Source of the DNA: Octopus vulgaris
Lineage: Eukaryota
Length of the DNA: 64,000 bases
Assembly (NCBI GenBank): GCA_951406725.2
Contig: OX597827.1
Span: 69,998,001 to 70,062,000 of the forward strand
Direction: 5' to 3'
The position numbers and the translations under genes were made by a program. Shown here one piece after another: positions 22,975 through 37,020 of this stretch. Numbering within the stretch: the first letter of the stretch is position 1; every line of letters begins with the position of its first letter. The notes below the pieces were generated by a model, which was not told where the DNA came from, made no database searches, and was given only the letters and a program-made list of their open reading frames with translations.

Positions 22975-23189
22975 TTTTAACTCTAGGCACAAGGCCCAAA
23001 ATTTTTGGAGAGGTGGGGGCCATTCGATTATATCGACCCCAGTACGCAACTGGCACTTATTTAATCGACCCCGAAAGGATGAAAAGCAAAGTCGACCTCG
23101 GCGGAATTTGAACTCAGAATGTAAAGACAGATGAAATACCGGTAAGCATTTGGCCCGGCGTGCTAACGTTTCTGCCAGTTCGCCGCCTT
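22975..23189 (-). mobile_element. Family B SINE (tail type 2)
   Basis: ctctaggcacaaggccc...atcgaccccgaaaggatgaaa...gccagttcgccgcctt. Confidence 0.9.
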
Positions 23190-23360
23190 GATGTAGACGA
23201 TTATATTGATTGATTTCCAGTAAAGATCCGATGATTGGTTTATTGATCCCTGGAAAAAAATGAAAAGCTAAGTAGAAGCTGACGAAATTTGAACTAAGAT
23301 TGTAAAGGACCAGCAGTTATTTTGTTCTCTCTGTCAATCCATCACTGAAACTAAATCAAA

Positions 23361-23410
<50 letters not shown>

Positions 23411-23446
23411 ATCTATCTATCTATATCAATATCTATCTATCTATCA

Positions 23447-23578
<132 letters not shown>

Positions 23579-23617
23579 CTCTCTCTCTCTCTCTCTATCT
23601 ATCTACATATCTTACAT

Positions 23618-23805
23618 TTTATTGTGTCTGGGGAGAGTCATTCTCTTTCAGTGCCTTATTACTTAACACACTCACCGGTTCGATTTCCACACATTCACTT
23701 ATTAGTAAACAAACAAATAAACATAAATAAATAACTAGATGAGTGGAAATCGAACCGGTGAGTATGTTAAGTAATATGAGAACGACTCTTCTCAGACACA
23801 ATGAA
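23618..23805. repeat. Foldback inverted repeat (about 60-70-bp arms)
   Basis: attgtgtctggggagagtcattctc...ttacttaacacactcaccggttcgatttccac vs gtggaaatcgaaccggtgagtatgttaagtaa...gagaacgactcttctcagacacaat. Confidence 0.9.
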
Positions 23806-23882
23806 ATATGCTTCAATACACGAATTCGCATAAAGAATCTTGCAAACCAAATACAAAAACGAAATATCTTACATGTTTTATG

Positions 23883-24106
23883 TTACTCTTTTACTCTTTT
23901 ACTTGTTTCATTCATTTGACTGTCGCCATACTGGAGCACCGCCTTTAGTTGAGCAAATCGACCCCAAAGCTTATTCTTTGTAAGCTTAGTACTTATTCTA
24001 TCGGTTTCTTTTGCCGAACCGCTATGTTACGGGGACGTAAACACACCAGCATCAGTTGTCAAGCGATGTTGGGGGAACAAACACAGACACACAAACATAT
24101 ATGCAC

Positions 24107-24137
<31 letters not shown>

Positions 24138-24319
24138 CATATATATACATATATACGACGGGCTTCTTTCAGTTTCCCTCTACCAAATCCACTCACAAGG
24201 CTTTAGTCGGCCCGCGGCTATAGTAGAAGACACTTGCCCAAGGTGCCACGCAGTGGGACTGAACCCGGAACCATGTGGTTCGTAAGCAAGCCACTTACCA
24301 CACAGCTACTCCTACGCCT
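23883..24319 (-). mobile_element. Full-length family A SINE
   Basis: Homology to 8324-8780. Confidence 0.92.
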
Positions 24320-24910
24320 GCTGGTTAGCTAACAGTAATAGCTCTGATTTTCTGATGTAGTTTTGAAATAGACTTTCTATCTATTACGAGATGTTATTTC
24401 ATGAAAATGAATGTTTTAGCTATTCATTTAGTCACCATACTTATTAAGCATATATTCCAGAGTAGCTTCCCTTCGTGCTTTTGTGCTACACAAAGTACAA
24501 AATATAAAACTACATTTTAAAGGGAGGCTACTCTGTAATATATGTCTACACCTATTCTTTTCTACTGTAGGCACAATTCCAGAAATTTTAGGGGAGGAGG
24601 GACAGTCGATTAGATCGACTCCAGTATGCAGCTGGTATTTAATTTATCGACCCCGGAAGGATGAAAGGCAAATTCGACCTCGGCAGAATTTGAACATACG
24701 CCTATCATTTTCTATAATTCAAGTTTCGTGTGTCCTTATGACGAAAGAGATTAGTTCGTCCTACACCCCCACGAAACTTCGAGTCATATGGAACAAAATC
24801 AAACTCTCTCTCTCCCTTTCCTTCCATCTATCTACCTATCGATCTATCTATCTATCTGTCTGCCTATCTATCTGTCTATCTGTGTGTGTGTGTCTGTGTG
24901 TGTAAATATA

Positions 24911-25288
24911 TACTCTTTACTCTTTTACCTGTTTCAGTCATTTGACTGCGGCCATGCTGGAGCACCGCCTTTAGTCGAGCAAATCGACCCCAGGACTTAT
25001 TCTTTGTAAGCCCAGTACTTATTCTATCAGTCTCTTTTGCCGAACCGCTAAGTGACGGGGACGTGAACACACCAGCATCGGTTGTCAAGCAATGCTAGGG
25101 GAACAACACACACACATATACATATATACGACAGGCTTCTTTCAGTTTCCGTCTACCAAATCCACTCACAAGGCATTGGTCGGCCCGGGGCTATAGCAGA
25201 AGACACTTGCCCAAGGTGCCACGTAGTGGGACTGAACCCGGAACCATGTGGTTGGTTAGCAAGCTACTTACCACACAGCCACTCCTAC

Positions 25289-25290
<2 letters not shown>
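24911..25290 (-). mobile_element. Full-length family A SINE
   Basis: Homology to 8324-8780. Confidence 0.92.
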
Positions 25291-25351
<61 letters not shown>

Positions 25352-25608
25352 TTGTAATTTATATGTTTTACTTATTGTGGTCATTACATTACGACCATGC
25401 TGGGGCAACACCTCGAAGGGCGTATTTAAGGGAGTCAAAACCTAGTATTTGAGGTGTGAACAAGCCAACACTGGTCGCCAAGTAGTGACGTGGGACAAAC
25501 ACAAAACACAAACACACACATTCACACACTAACACATACATACATACATACATACATACATACATACATACATACATACATACATACATACATACATACA
25601 TACATACA

Positions 25609-25642
<34 letters not shown>

Positions 25643-25647
25643 CACCC

Positions 25648-26245
25648 ACATCATAAGCAGTTGTCTGAAAATGTCATCATGGTATTATCTACCAATGAGG
25701 CATGATGTTATAGGTAGCACAAGTCTATAATGAAATCCATCGGAAGCATAACCCTGAGGACGAAGAAATAAGAACCCACAGTATGAAGGCATAGCCACTC
25801 ATAATAAGAAGGATCTCCTGGTTAAATGTCCCAGTGAAGACCTCAATAAAATGTAAGCACAACAGACCTGATATAATGATTTGGGATTGAGAAGAGAAAC
25901 TGTGCACAGTTGTGGAAATTAGCTGCCCAGCAGATGTTAACATAAAGCTCAGTGAAGAAGAGAACACCTATGTTGAACTATTGAGAAATCTGCAGTTACT
26001 CTAACCAGATTACAAGTTCAGGTCTATACCTGTAATTATTGGGGCCATGGGATATGTAACACACTGCCTAAATACCAATCTTGAGAAATTAGGCTACTCA
26101 AAACCAGGAAGGAGAAAGCTAATTTGAAGACTACAGATCTAATATCTATCACAGGAACTGTAAAAATCTGTAAAACTTTCCAGAAGTTTATCATTTGAAT
26201 ATATGCATGAGAATACAGACATAAAGCAAAATATACAAATTCTGC
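25648..26245 (+). mobile_element. RLE-clade non-LTR retrotransposon C-terminus (distinct family), decayed, inside (TACA)n
   Basis: KCKHNRPDIMIWD*EEKLCTVVEISCPADVN...IPVIIGAMGYV...GTVKICKTF (PD-(D/E)xK-type endonuclease); (CATA)n on both sides. Confidence 0.85.
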
Positions 26246-26679
26246 ACATATCCATTCATTCATCCATCCATCCATCCATCCATCCATCCATCCATACATA
26301 CATACATACATATATACATATACACACACACACATACATACATCCATACATACATACATACATACATACATACATACATACACACACACATACATACATA
26401 CATACATACACACACACACATACATACATACATACATACATACATACACACACACATACATACATACATACATACATACATACATACATACATACATACA
26501 TACATACATACATACATACATACATGCATACATACATACATACATACATACATACATACATACATACATACATACATACAATCATATAATCATACATACA
26601 TGCATACATACATACACGCATCCATCCATCCATCCATCCATACATACATACATACATATATTTATTCTTTTACTTGTTT

Positions 26680-26899
26680 CAAGGGGTGCTGAAAAGTTCC
26701 TTGTTTTGGGGAAAATAAAATACAGGAGGATCAGCTAATCATGATTTTATTCAACATATTCATTCCCGTCTGGGATTCACACATTCATTGCAGCGATCCT
26801 TCAGTTTTTCTATACCCTGTAAAAGAACTCAGAAGGTTGGGACTCCAGCCTGGCCTTTTGCGATACCCTTAAAGCCAAGATCGTTTCAACAGCCCCTCG
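26680..26899. mobile_element. Mariner-type MITE
   Basis: Ends caaggggtgctgaaaagttcc / tttcaacagcccctcg-TA; homologous to 43486-43706. Confidence 0.8.
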
Positions 26900-26966
<67 letters not shown>

Positions 26967-27156
26967 CAGGTTTCTACGCAGTTTCACATACACATACACG
27001 CACATATAGACAGACAGACAGACAGATGGACAGGCAGACAGACAGACACAGACAGACAGTAGACAGGCAGATTGGTTGATTGGCTGATTGATTGAATGGT
27101 TGAATGAAAGGTCAGCGAGTGGCGGCAGCAGCAGCGGCGGCGGCAGCAACATCGGC

Positions 27157-27187
<31 letters not shown>

Positions 27188-27499
27188 GCGGCAGCGGCGG
27201 CGGCGGCAGCAGCGGCGGCGGCAGCAGCAGCGGTGGCAGCAGGTGGCGGCAGTGGTATTGGTGGTGGTGGACACAATGATGATGTCACGAATGTAATGCT
27301 TTTGATCATATGTCTGTTGATTCATGGTCGACCTGTGGCTAAATGGCAATGTTTCAATGACATTTTATAGCATGATAGGAATTATCTCCCTTACATGAAA
27401 TTACCTCTCTTGCATTTTCCATGGATTATCCCCCTTGCACTCTTCATCCGCAATTAGTCTTTAGCGCAAGAGTGTTGTATAGTGTGTGTGTGCGCGCGC

Positions 27500-27755
27500 G
27501 CGCCCGCGTGCGTGTTTGTGTATTTCTTTGTCTTGATTTCTTATGAATTATTGTAAACGAGTGTCATTGTCATACAAGCAGTGTCATTAATTTCCAATAT
27601 TCTGTGATACCATGTCTGATCATAAAGAAATATTATCAAGCTTTGGAAGAGGTAATAGTGGGTGACAGGAAAGGCATCCATCCATAGGAACATCTATCTC
27701 AATTAACTCAATCTGACTCAAGCAAGTATGGAAAAGTGGACATTAAAACACAGAC
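27500..27755 (+). mobile_element. Family D retroposon 3' part ((ATG)n-tailed)
   Basis: gacaggaaaggcatcca...caagtatggaaaagtggacattaaaac; inverse copy at 34075-34300. Confidence 0.7.
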
Positions 27756-27759
27756 GATA

Positions 27760-27933
27760 GGCGCAGGAGCGGCTGTGTGGAAAGTAGCTTGCTTACCAAC
27801 CACATGTGGTTCCGGGTTCAGTCCCACTGTGTGGCAACTTGGGCAAGTGTCTTCTACTATAGCCTCGGGCCGACCAAAGCCTTTTGAGTGGATTTGGTAG
27901 ACGGAAACTGAAAGAAGCCCGTCATATATATGC

Positions 27934-27983
<50 letters not shown>

Positions 27984-28190
27984 TTGCGTTTGTCCCCCCA
28001 CCCAACATCGCTTGACAACCGATGCTGGTGTGTTTACATCCCCGTAACTTAGCGGTTCGGCAAAAGAGACCGATAGAATAAGTACTAGGCTTATAAAGAA
28101 CAAGCCCTGGGGTCGATTTGCTCGACTAAAGGCAGTGCTCCAGCATGGCCACAGTCAAATGACTGAAACAAGTAAAAGAGAGTAAAAAGT
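27760..28190 (+). mobile_element. Full-length family A SINE
   Basis: ggcgcaggagcggctgtgtgg...gactgaaacaagtaaaagag. Confidence 0.92.
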
Positions 28191-29550
28191 ATGATGATTA
28201 ATTCTGGAGTGAAAACCAGCAAAACAAACACATTTGAATTATGCATTATGGAATGTTGGTGAGCTCCTGATGGACTGAATGTGTAATCTAGTTTTAGTTC
28301 TTTTTCTCTTCTGTTTTTGTTACCTTTTTAGAAAAGCACAAAAGCTGGTCAATCTCAACCATGTGAACTTGTGAGACTTTCTGTATATACAGAACTACAT
28401 AGCTTTTAAGATGGTAGGATTTGATTGTGGAAAGATTTGGTTGCTACTTCTAACATGGTAAGTTACCATATATAGGACTCAAACAACTCAGTAACATAAA
28501 CAGCCCAATAATCTTGTGTGGTTGTGTGGTTGAGGAAGTCTGCTTTTCAACCACATGGTTCCAGGTTCAATCCCACCTTATGCAAGTATCTTCTACTTTG
28601 GCCCCTGGCTGTGGGCTGTGTAAGAAATCAATTTTATGGTAATCACTTAATACCACTTGCTCCTTTCTTTAAAATAGCTTCATATCTTATCTAAAGAAAC
28701 ATTGTAATTTTTGAGAAGATTTGGTTGCTATTTCTAGCAGATTAGATGACCTGACTCCACACCCCTATTTTTACTGCATTTTAAACTAAATACATGGCAT
28801 AGGCAACCAAATTGGAGCAATGACAATGAATTTAATACCATGAACTCTCAGGGAGTATCGGAAGGAGGTTCAATTTCTGAAGGGCTGCTTCAATGAGGAC
28901 CACCTGACCTGCTCCTACGCTTATTGATTAAACTATGATCAGCATCAGAGCTTAGCCCATTTGCAGAAATAAGTTTGGCCATTTTACATACCTTCACGTA
29001 CATTCAAATCAAGGTAAAGATTTATAACAGGTATATTTCAAGTGTGGTAGTGTGGATATTTATATTTTGCAGTTTATGAAACTTATATCTAGTTATATGA
29101 ATATCCCAATAATCAGACCATTATTAAAGGTCTGCTTTACTATCTACATACATGTGCAAGAATGTGCATGCATTTTTGCAATAATTTAGACAACAGTTTA
29201 TTCACCTCACCATGGGTCTTTGTGTCTGTGTTTGTAAAAGAGAAAAAAATAACGAATCAACCTGGTTTTGACTATCAATAGTTTTTTTTTTTCTCTTTAC
29301 CTCTCTTGTTGTCTGGGAGATATCTTATGGTAGTGGCATAGTATTCAACTGCTATTTCTAAATTTCAGTATGTGGTGAAGCAATTTTGCTAAACCCTAAT
29401 TATAATTAGGTTTATAATTATAATAATTATAATTATAATAATTTTTGTATAAGTTTACCGAAAATGGTTCTTTTAACATGCCGAATGACTTGGTAAGATT
29501 ATTCATTATAAATTGATTAATTAATTTTACCCTTTATTATTATTGATATG

Positions 29551-29639
<89 letters not shown>

Positions 29640-29687
29640 ATGTATGTATGTATGTATGTATGTATGTATGTATGTATGTATGTATAT

Positions 29688-29720
<33 letters not shown>

Positions 29721-30004
29721 AACTTTATTTGAGAGTTAACAAGGCTACCAATGGTTTCATATGAAGAGAGCTTCATAAGTGCTTGAGTGTACCACATGGA
29801 AGTGTTGGTGCTCATCTCCATTTCAGATGGGAATAAAACTTTCAGATGTTATTCACCACTGTTTACATTGCCCTTCATTGCATTGTTGTAGCTTCCAAAT
29901 GATTCCACCCCACAGACTTACATGGGCAGGCCAAAATTACCCCTAAACAGATGCCAGTCCTTTGCTGGGCTACCTATTTACAACTGAGTGAACTAATATA
30001 TAAT

Positions 30005-30400
30005 CTTTTCTACTTTAGGCACAAGGCTCGAAATTTTTGAGGAGGGGGCCAGTCGATTAGATCGACCCCAGTATGCAACTAGAACTTAATTTATCGACCC
30101 CGAAAGGATGAAAGGCAAAGTCGACCTCGGCAGAATTTGAACTCAGAATGTAGCAACAGATGAAATACCTATTTCTCTACTACCCACAAGGGACTAAACA
30201 CAGAGAGGACAAACAAGAACAGACAAACGGATTAAATCAATTACATCGACCCCAGTGCGTAACTGGTACTTATTTAATCGATCCCAAAAGGATGAAAGGC
30301 AAAGTCGACCTCGGTGGAGTTTGAACTCAGAACGAAGTGGCAGACGAAATACCGCTAAGCATTTCACTCAGTGTGCTAAAGTTTCTGCCAGCTTGCTGAC
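30005..30400 (-). mobile_element. Family B SINE dimer (CpG-eroded)
   Basis: Two bodies joined at gaaatacctatttc. Confidence 0.88.
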
Positions 30401-30977
30401 TTGAACTAATATATAATATATAATATAAATATCATGTGTGTGTGTGTGCGTGCATGTATGTGTGTGCATGTGTGTGTGTGTGTGTATGTACAGTGGCCAT
30501 AAATAACTGACCATTTTACACACACACATTATCATGCCAAAGTAGACTTTAGAGCACAAGATTAGTTCTCCAGCTTGTTGGATCTTATCAAATTGTCCAA
30601 CCTATGACAGCACGGGGCTATAGTAGGAGACATTTGTCCAAGGTACCACACAATGGGATTGAACCTCAGACCACACTTTTGAAAGCAAGCTTACTTTTTA
30701 ACCACATAGCCACATCTGCACTCATGTGCAATTTCTAGAATTTCTAGTTAGCATAGCAGCTGTTGTAATTCCACCTTGTAGAGACTAGACTTCTCATATT
30801 CTCGGAATAGACAAGATGCAGGTAGCAGCTGGCTGTGTATTGAGTTTCCCATCATATATCGAATGAATGTGAATCTGGTTTGTTGGATAAAATTGCATTC
30901 CAGTTTTTTTTTCTGGGATCAGACCAGTCATCTGTAACAAAACTACCCGTTTTCTGAAAGCATCTGATATTACTAAT

Positions 30978-31016
<39 letters not shown>

Positions 31017-31022
31017 ATATAT

Positions 31023-31080
<58 letters not shown>

Positions 31081-31122
31081 AGATAGATAGATATACATAT
31101 ATGTATATCTATCTATCTATTG

Positions 31123-31159
<37 letters not shown>

Positions 31160-31164
31160 CGTGA

Positions 31165-31460
31165 GGAAGCACATGGCCTAGTGGTTAGAGCAGCGGACTC
31201 GCGGTCGAGGGATCGTGGATTCGAATCTCAGACCAGGCGATATGTGTGTTTATGAGCAAAACACCTAAGTTCCACGCGGCTTCGACAGAAGGTAGTGGTG
31301 AACTTCTGCTGACACTTTCACCACACTTTCACTCTTTCCTCCTGCATCTTGCAGCTCACCTGTGATGGACTGGTCTCCCGTCCTGGTGGGGAACCTATAT
31401 GCCAAGGAAACCGGGAAACCGGCCCTTATGAGCCAGGCATGGCTTGAGAAGGAACAAACA
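31165..31460 (+). mobile_element. Family C SINE variant
   Basis: ggcctagtggttagagcagcggactcgcggtcg head; tail ggaaaccgggaaaccggcccttatgagcc shared with 1823-2045. Confidence 0.8.
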
Positions 31461-31920
31461 AAAACACACACATATATATGGTGGGGGGGCAGATCTGAGC
31501 CAATGAGGGATAATGGTTGTTTGACTTGCTAGAAATAGGAGCCTAATTTCCCTTGTATCGCACTCTTAGTCTTCTATAAGGACAGAACACAGTAGATACT
31601 GTAGTCCTTCCTAGCTACCAAAAAAGATGAAATAGTCATGACTGGAATGTCTTAAATCATAGGTCATGGTTGACTAGTGAGAACAATGTTAAGTTTGAGA
31701 AACCCATAAAAAAGGGCCCAAATATTTTCAGTTCATTATTCCTAATCAAGGCCATCAAAGCAGCTTTATAGGCCTCCAGACAAATCAATGCACTAGGGCC
31801 CATATTTATTTATTAACAACATTCATGGATCAGAATTGGGTCCCTAGACCCATGAGACCTCTGTGCAACTACTCAGTGTCCCCAAGCCTTAGATGGTCAT
31901 GTTCTCAATACCTGCACAAA

Positions 31921-32710
31921 GGATAGAATAATTACTAGGTTTACAAAGAATAAGTCCTGGGGTCAATTCGCTCGACTAAATACGGTGCTCCAGCATGGCC
32001 ACAGTCAAATGACTGAAACAAATACAAGAATAAAAAGAAGATTGAATTATAAAGTGGTGAGCTGGCAGACTCATTAGTACACCTGGCAGACTTGTTCGCA
32101 AACCTGGTGAAATGCTTGTTGGCAGTTTTGTCACTTTCTACATTCTGAGCTCAAATTCTGCAAAGGTCAGCTTTGAGTTTTGTTCATTCAAGGTTGATAA
32201 AATAAATACCAGTTATGTACTAGGGTTGATGTAATTGACTTAGCCCCTCCCGCCAAAATTGTTGGCCTTGTTTAAAAATTTGAAACCAATATTTAATTAT
32301 AGAAATTAAAGGCATAGGAGTGGCTGTGTAGTAAGTAGCTTGCTTACGAACCACATGGTTCCGGGTTCAGTCCCACTATGTGGTACCTTGGGCAAGTATC
32401 TTCTACTATAGCCTCGGGCCGACCAATGCCTTGTCAGTGGATTTGGTAGACAAAAATTGAAAGAATCCCGTTGTATATATGTATGTGTGTGTATATGTTT
32501 GTGTGTCAGTGTTTGTCCCCCAATATCGCTTGACAACCGATGCTGGTATGTTTACGTCCCTGTAACTTAACAGTTCGGCAAAAGAGATCTATAGTATAAG
32601 TACTAGGCTTACAAAGAATAAGTCCTGGGGTCAATTTGCTCGACTACAGGCGGTGCTCCAGCATGGCCACAGTCAAATGACTGAAACAAGTAAAAGAGTA
32701 AAAGAGAGTA
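31921..32710 (+). mobile_element. SINE cluster: family A 3' piece, degenerate family B, full family A (32310-32710)
   Basis: Homology to other copies; many CpG to TpG/CpA changes. Confidence 0.85.
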
Positions 32711-32929
32711 AAATATAATAGGGTTTTTTCAAACATTGATTGGTTATGAAGCTCCACTTGAATAAAAGAGGCACCAAAGGGTCCATAGGTAAAAAAATGG
32801 TTGAGAACCACTTATCTAAACAGACTCCAAAAGCCTTAGTTTGCAAATGAGGGAACATTTTAGCTGCTGTTTCTAGCAACCAAAATATCCCCCAAACCAA
32901 ACACTATTATCATAGAAAAGAACAGACAT

Positions 32930-33715
32930 TTTCTTTTCTACTCAAGGCACAAGGCTTGAAATTTTTGGTGAGGAAGCCAGTCGATTAGATCAACCCCAGT
33001 GTGCAACTGGTACTTAATTTATCAACCTCGAAAGAATGAAAGGCAAAGTTGACCTTGGCGGAATTTGAACTCAGAATGTAGCGGCAGACAAAATACCGCT
33101 AAGCATTTCGCCCAGCATGCTAACATTTCTGCCAGCTCGATGCCTTAAAAAATATTCTTTTCTACTCTAGGCACACGGCTCGAAATTTTTGGTGAAGAGG
33201 CCAGTCAATTAGATCAACCCCAGTGTGCAACTGGTACTTTATTTATCGACCCTGAAAGGATGAAAGGTAACGTCAACCTTGGCGGAATTTGAACTCAGAA
33301 TGTAAAGACAGACGAAATACCTATTTCTTTACTACCCACAAGGGGCCAAACACAGAGGACAAACAAGGACAGACAAACAGATTAAGTCGATTATATCGAC
33401 CCCTGTGCGTAACTGGTACTTAATTATTTGACCTTGAAAGGATGAAAGGTAAAGTCAACCTCCGCAGAATTTGAACTCAGAATGTAAAGACAGACGAAAT
33501 ACCTATTTCTTTACTACCCACAAGGGGCTAAACACAGAGAGGACAAACAAGGACAGACAAACGGATTAAGTCGATTATATCGACCCCAGAGCGTAACTGG
33601 TACTTAATTTATCGACCCTGAAAGGATGAAAGGCAAAGTCAACCTCGGCAGAATTTGAACTCAGAACGTAACGGCAGACGAAATACCGTGAAGCATTTCG
33701 CCCGGCGTGCTAAAG
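32930..33715 (-). mobile_element. Family B SINE monomer followed by a trimer array
   Basis: About 180-bp units joined at gacgaaatacctatttctttac (about 33315 and 33497). Confidence 0.9.
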
Positions 33716-34074
33716 ATAGACATATTGTAGAGGACAGTGTAATCTTAGCTAGATTGTGTATAAAATATAAGGCAGGAAGGTCACATCTGGAGCACCTTTA
33801 ATTATTGGTTTGTTGATGTGCTGAATCAGAATTGACCTTGATCTAAAACAACAGCAATAATGGAACACTGAATCTAATTAGCCATTTTGATTACTATAAA
33901 ATTCATGTAATTAAGTTTTAATTTTGTGGCAGATTGGTGGATGTTGTGTGTGTGTGTGGTGGTGGGGGGGGGTAAGAGACAGTGGAATGTATTGATATGG
34001 AAGAGAGATTTATAATCAAAATTAGAATTCATCACCACCACCACCACCATCATCATCATTATCATCATCATCAT

Positions 34075-35105
34075 TGTTTTAATGTCCACTCTTCCATGCT
34101 TGTACAAGCTGGACAGAGTTTACTGAGACGGATTTTCTAAGGCTGGATGCCCTTCCTGTCACCAACACTCACCTGTTTCCATGCAAGGTAATATTTACCC
34201 CCATGACCAAACACGTTCTTACAGAATATTGGAAAGAAATTACACTGCTTGTTTGACAGTGACAATCATTTACAACAATCATGTGATGTCAAAACAAGAA
34301 GACCTAACCCTAACCCATACACACATTTATATACACACCCATACATACACACAAATCTATACAATATGAATATATATTTCTTTACTGCCCACAAGGGGCT
34401 AAGCATAAAGAGGACAAACAAGGAAAGACAAAGGGATTAAGTCGATTAAATCGACCCCAGTGCATAACTGGTACTTAATTTATCGACTCCGAAAGGATGA
34501 AAAGCAAAGTCGACCTCGGCGGAATTTGAACTCAGAACGTAACGGTAGACAAAATATGGCTACGCATTTCGCCCGGCGTGCTAAAGTTTCTGGCAGCTCG
34601 CCACCTTATCTATACAATATGTATATGTATATATATGTATTTGTGTATATATGAACCATTAAACCCTACACATTTTCTTTCTCTTTCTAGTTTTTTTTTT
34701 TGCGTTCTCTCCCCATTTTTTTCCTCTCAATCCTTTCTGCCAAAGAAAATAAGCTTGAAGGCTTGAAATGTCAAAGACTTTTCTATTCTTCCTGAACATC
34801 AAACTAATACACCTACATGTTGTTCCCTCACCGGTTTCCACTTTTTGTTTTCTGTAAATTTGGACTATATATGCATGGCTTAGTGGTTAAGGTGTCGCAT
34901 TCACGATTGCGAGATTGTGGGTTCGATTCCCTGACCGGGTGTTGCATTTTGTTCTTGAGCAAAGCACTTCATTTCACATTGCTCTACAATCATTTCAACA
35001 TCTGACATGTGACACACAGTTGCACCTGTACAGGTAATGTAGATCTGATAGAAGGAGTGAGCTTATGTCTACACAAACATTTTGATCACTATAAACAAAT
35101 CATCT
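34075..35105. mobile_element. Cluster: family D (-), family B (34375-34608, -), Penelope-like H2 fragment (34660-34870, +), old CORE-like SINE (34873-35105, +)
   Basis: Homology to other copies in the window. Confidence 0.75.
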
Positions 35106-35249
35106 GTGAGAGATTTGCTTCTCAGCCACCTCATGGGTTCAGTCAAAAGGACCAACCCATGCCAGAGTGGAAAAAGGGTCGTTAAATGATGATGATGATG
35201 ATGATGAGTTTTGCACCTCTGCGTTTTTAGTGTCAGTATTCTTTTATCT

Positions 35250-35691
35250 GTTTATTCTTTTACTTGCTTCAGTCATCTGACTGCGGCCATGCTGGAGCAC
35301 CACCTTGAAGGGTTTTAGTCGAACAAATCAAGACCGGGACTTATTCTTTTAAGCCTAGTGCTTAGAATAAGTACTAGGCCTTTTTTACCGAACTGTTGAG
35401 TTACAGGGACATAAACACACCAACACCAGTTGTCAAGAGTTGATGGGGATTGGGAGGACAAACACAGACACAAAGACACACATACACATAATATATACGT
35501 ATATATATTGAATATGTTTATAGGCCCAGAGGTGGCTGTGTGGTAAGTAGCTTGCTTACCAACCACATGATCCTGGGTTCAGTCCCACTGCGTGGCACCT
35601 TGGGCAAGTGTCTTCTGCTATAGCCTCGGGCTTATCAAAGCCTTGTGAGTAGATTTGGTAGACGGAAACTGGAAGAAGCCCATTGTATAAG

Positions 35692-35759
<68 letters not shown>

Positions 35760-35907
35760 GTTAATCCAAACAAGAAAGCACAAAAATATATACACATGTA
35801 TGTGTGTATATGTTTGTGTGTCTGTGTTCCCCCAACATTGCTTGTGTGTTTACATCCCCGTAACTTAGCGGTTCAGCAAAAGAGACCGATAGAATTACTA
35901 CTATGTG

Positions 35908-35941
<34 letters not shown>

Positions 35942-36090
35942 GGACTTCTTTCAGTTTCCATCTACCAAATCCATTTTGATCGGTCCAAGGCTATAGTAGA
36001 AGACAATTACCCCGGGTGCCGCACAGTGGGACTGAACCCGGTACCATGTGGTTGAGAAGCAAGCTTCTTGCCACACAGCCACTCCTGCGT
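35250..36090. mobile_element. Nested family A SINEs: a + copy (35521-35900) inside the central microsatellite of a - copy
   Basis: The 3' half (-) at 35250-35500 and head (-) at 35940-36090 flank a + oriented copy. Confidence 0.8.
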
Positions 36091-36204
36091 CTAGTATGTA
36101 TATGTATACGTTTATACCTGTGTTAAGGCCTCTATGTATGATTATGTTGATTGTAGCTCTGTTGTGTTTGCAGTGTTTGTGTTTAATGAGCGTAAATATA
36201 TGTA

Positions 36205-36710
36205 CCTATTTCTTTACTACCCATAAGGGGCTAAACACAGAGGGGACAAACAAGGAAAGGCAAACGGATTAAGTCGATTATATCGACCCCAGTGCGTAAC
36301 TGGTACTTATTTCATCGACCCCGAAAGAATGAAAGGCAAAGTCGACCTCGGCGGAATTTGAACTCAGAACGTAAAGGCAGACGAAATACCTATTTCTTTA
36401 CTACCCACAAGGGCCTAAACACAGAGAGGACAAACAAGGACAGACAAACGGATTAAGTCGATTATATCGACCTCAGTGCGTAACTGGTACTTATTTCATC
36501 GACCCCGAAAGGATGAAAGGCAAAGTCGACCTCGGCGGAATTTGAGCTCACAACGTAGCGGCAGACGAAATACCTATTTCTTTGCTACCCACAAGGGGCT
36601 AAACAAGGACAGACAAACGGATTGAGTCGATCATATCGACCCCAGTGCGTAACTGGTACTTATTTAGTCGACCCCGAAAGGATGAAAGGCAAAGTCGACC
36701 TCAGCGGAAT
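36205..36710 (-). mobile_element. Family B SINE trimer array (head missing)
   Basis: Three units joined at gacgaaatacctatttcttt. Confidence 0.9.
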
Positions 36711-36978
36711 ATGTACCGTCTGTCTGTGCGGAGGATGACCCCTGACTTAACACCCACAACGGCATGTCTGGCGTCTGTGTGTAGGGCTTATAGGTTGTAA
36801 AGAAAGAGAGCAGTCATCTGCAGACGAGTAACTAACCCTCTCCCCCTCTCTGATCCCTTCTCAGCTTCTACACTCACGACCTTGTTACTGTTATTCATTG
36901 CCACCTTAAACAAAAAATAAACACTACCCTCACCATCACCACCATTCTAAATACTAGATCCTCCACCTTCACCCACAT

Positions 36979-37020
<42 letters not shown>

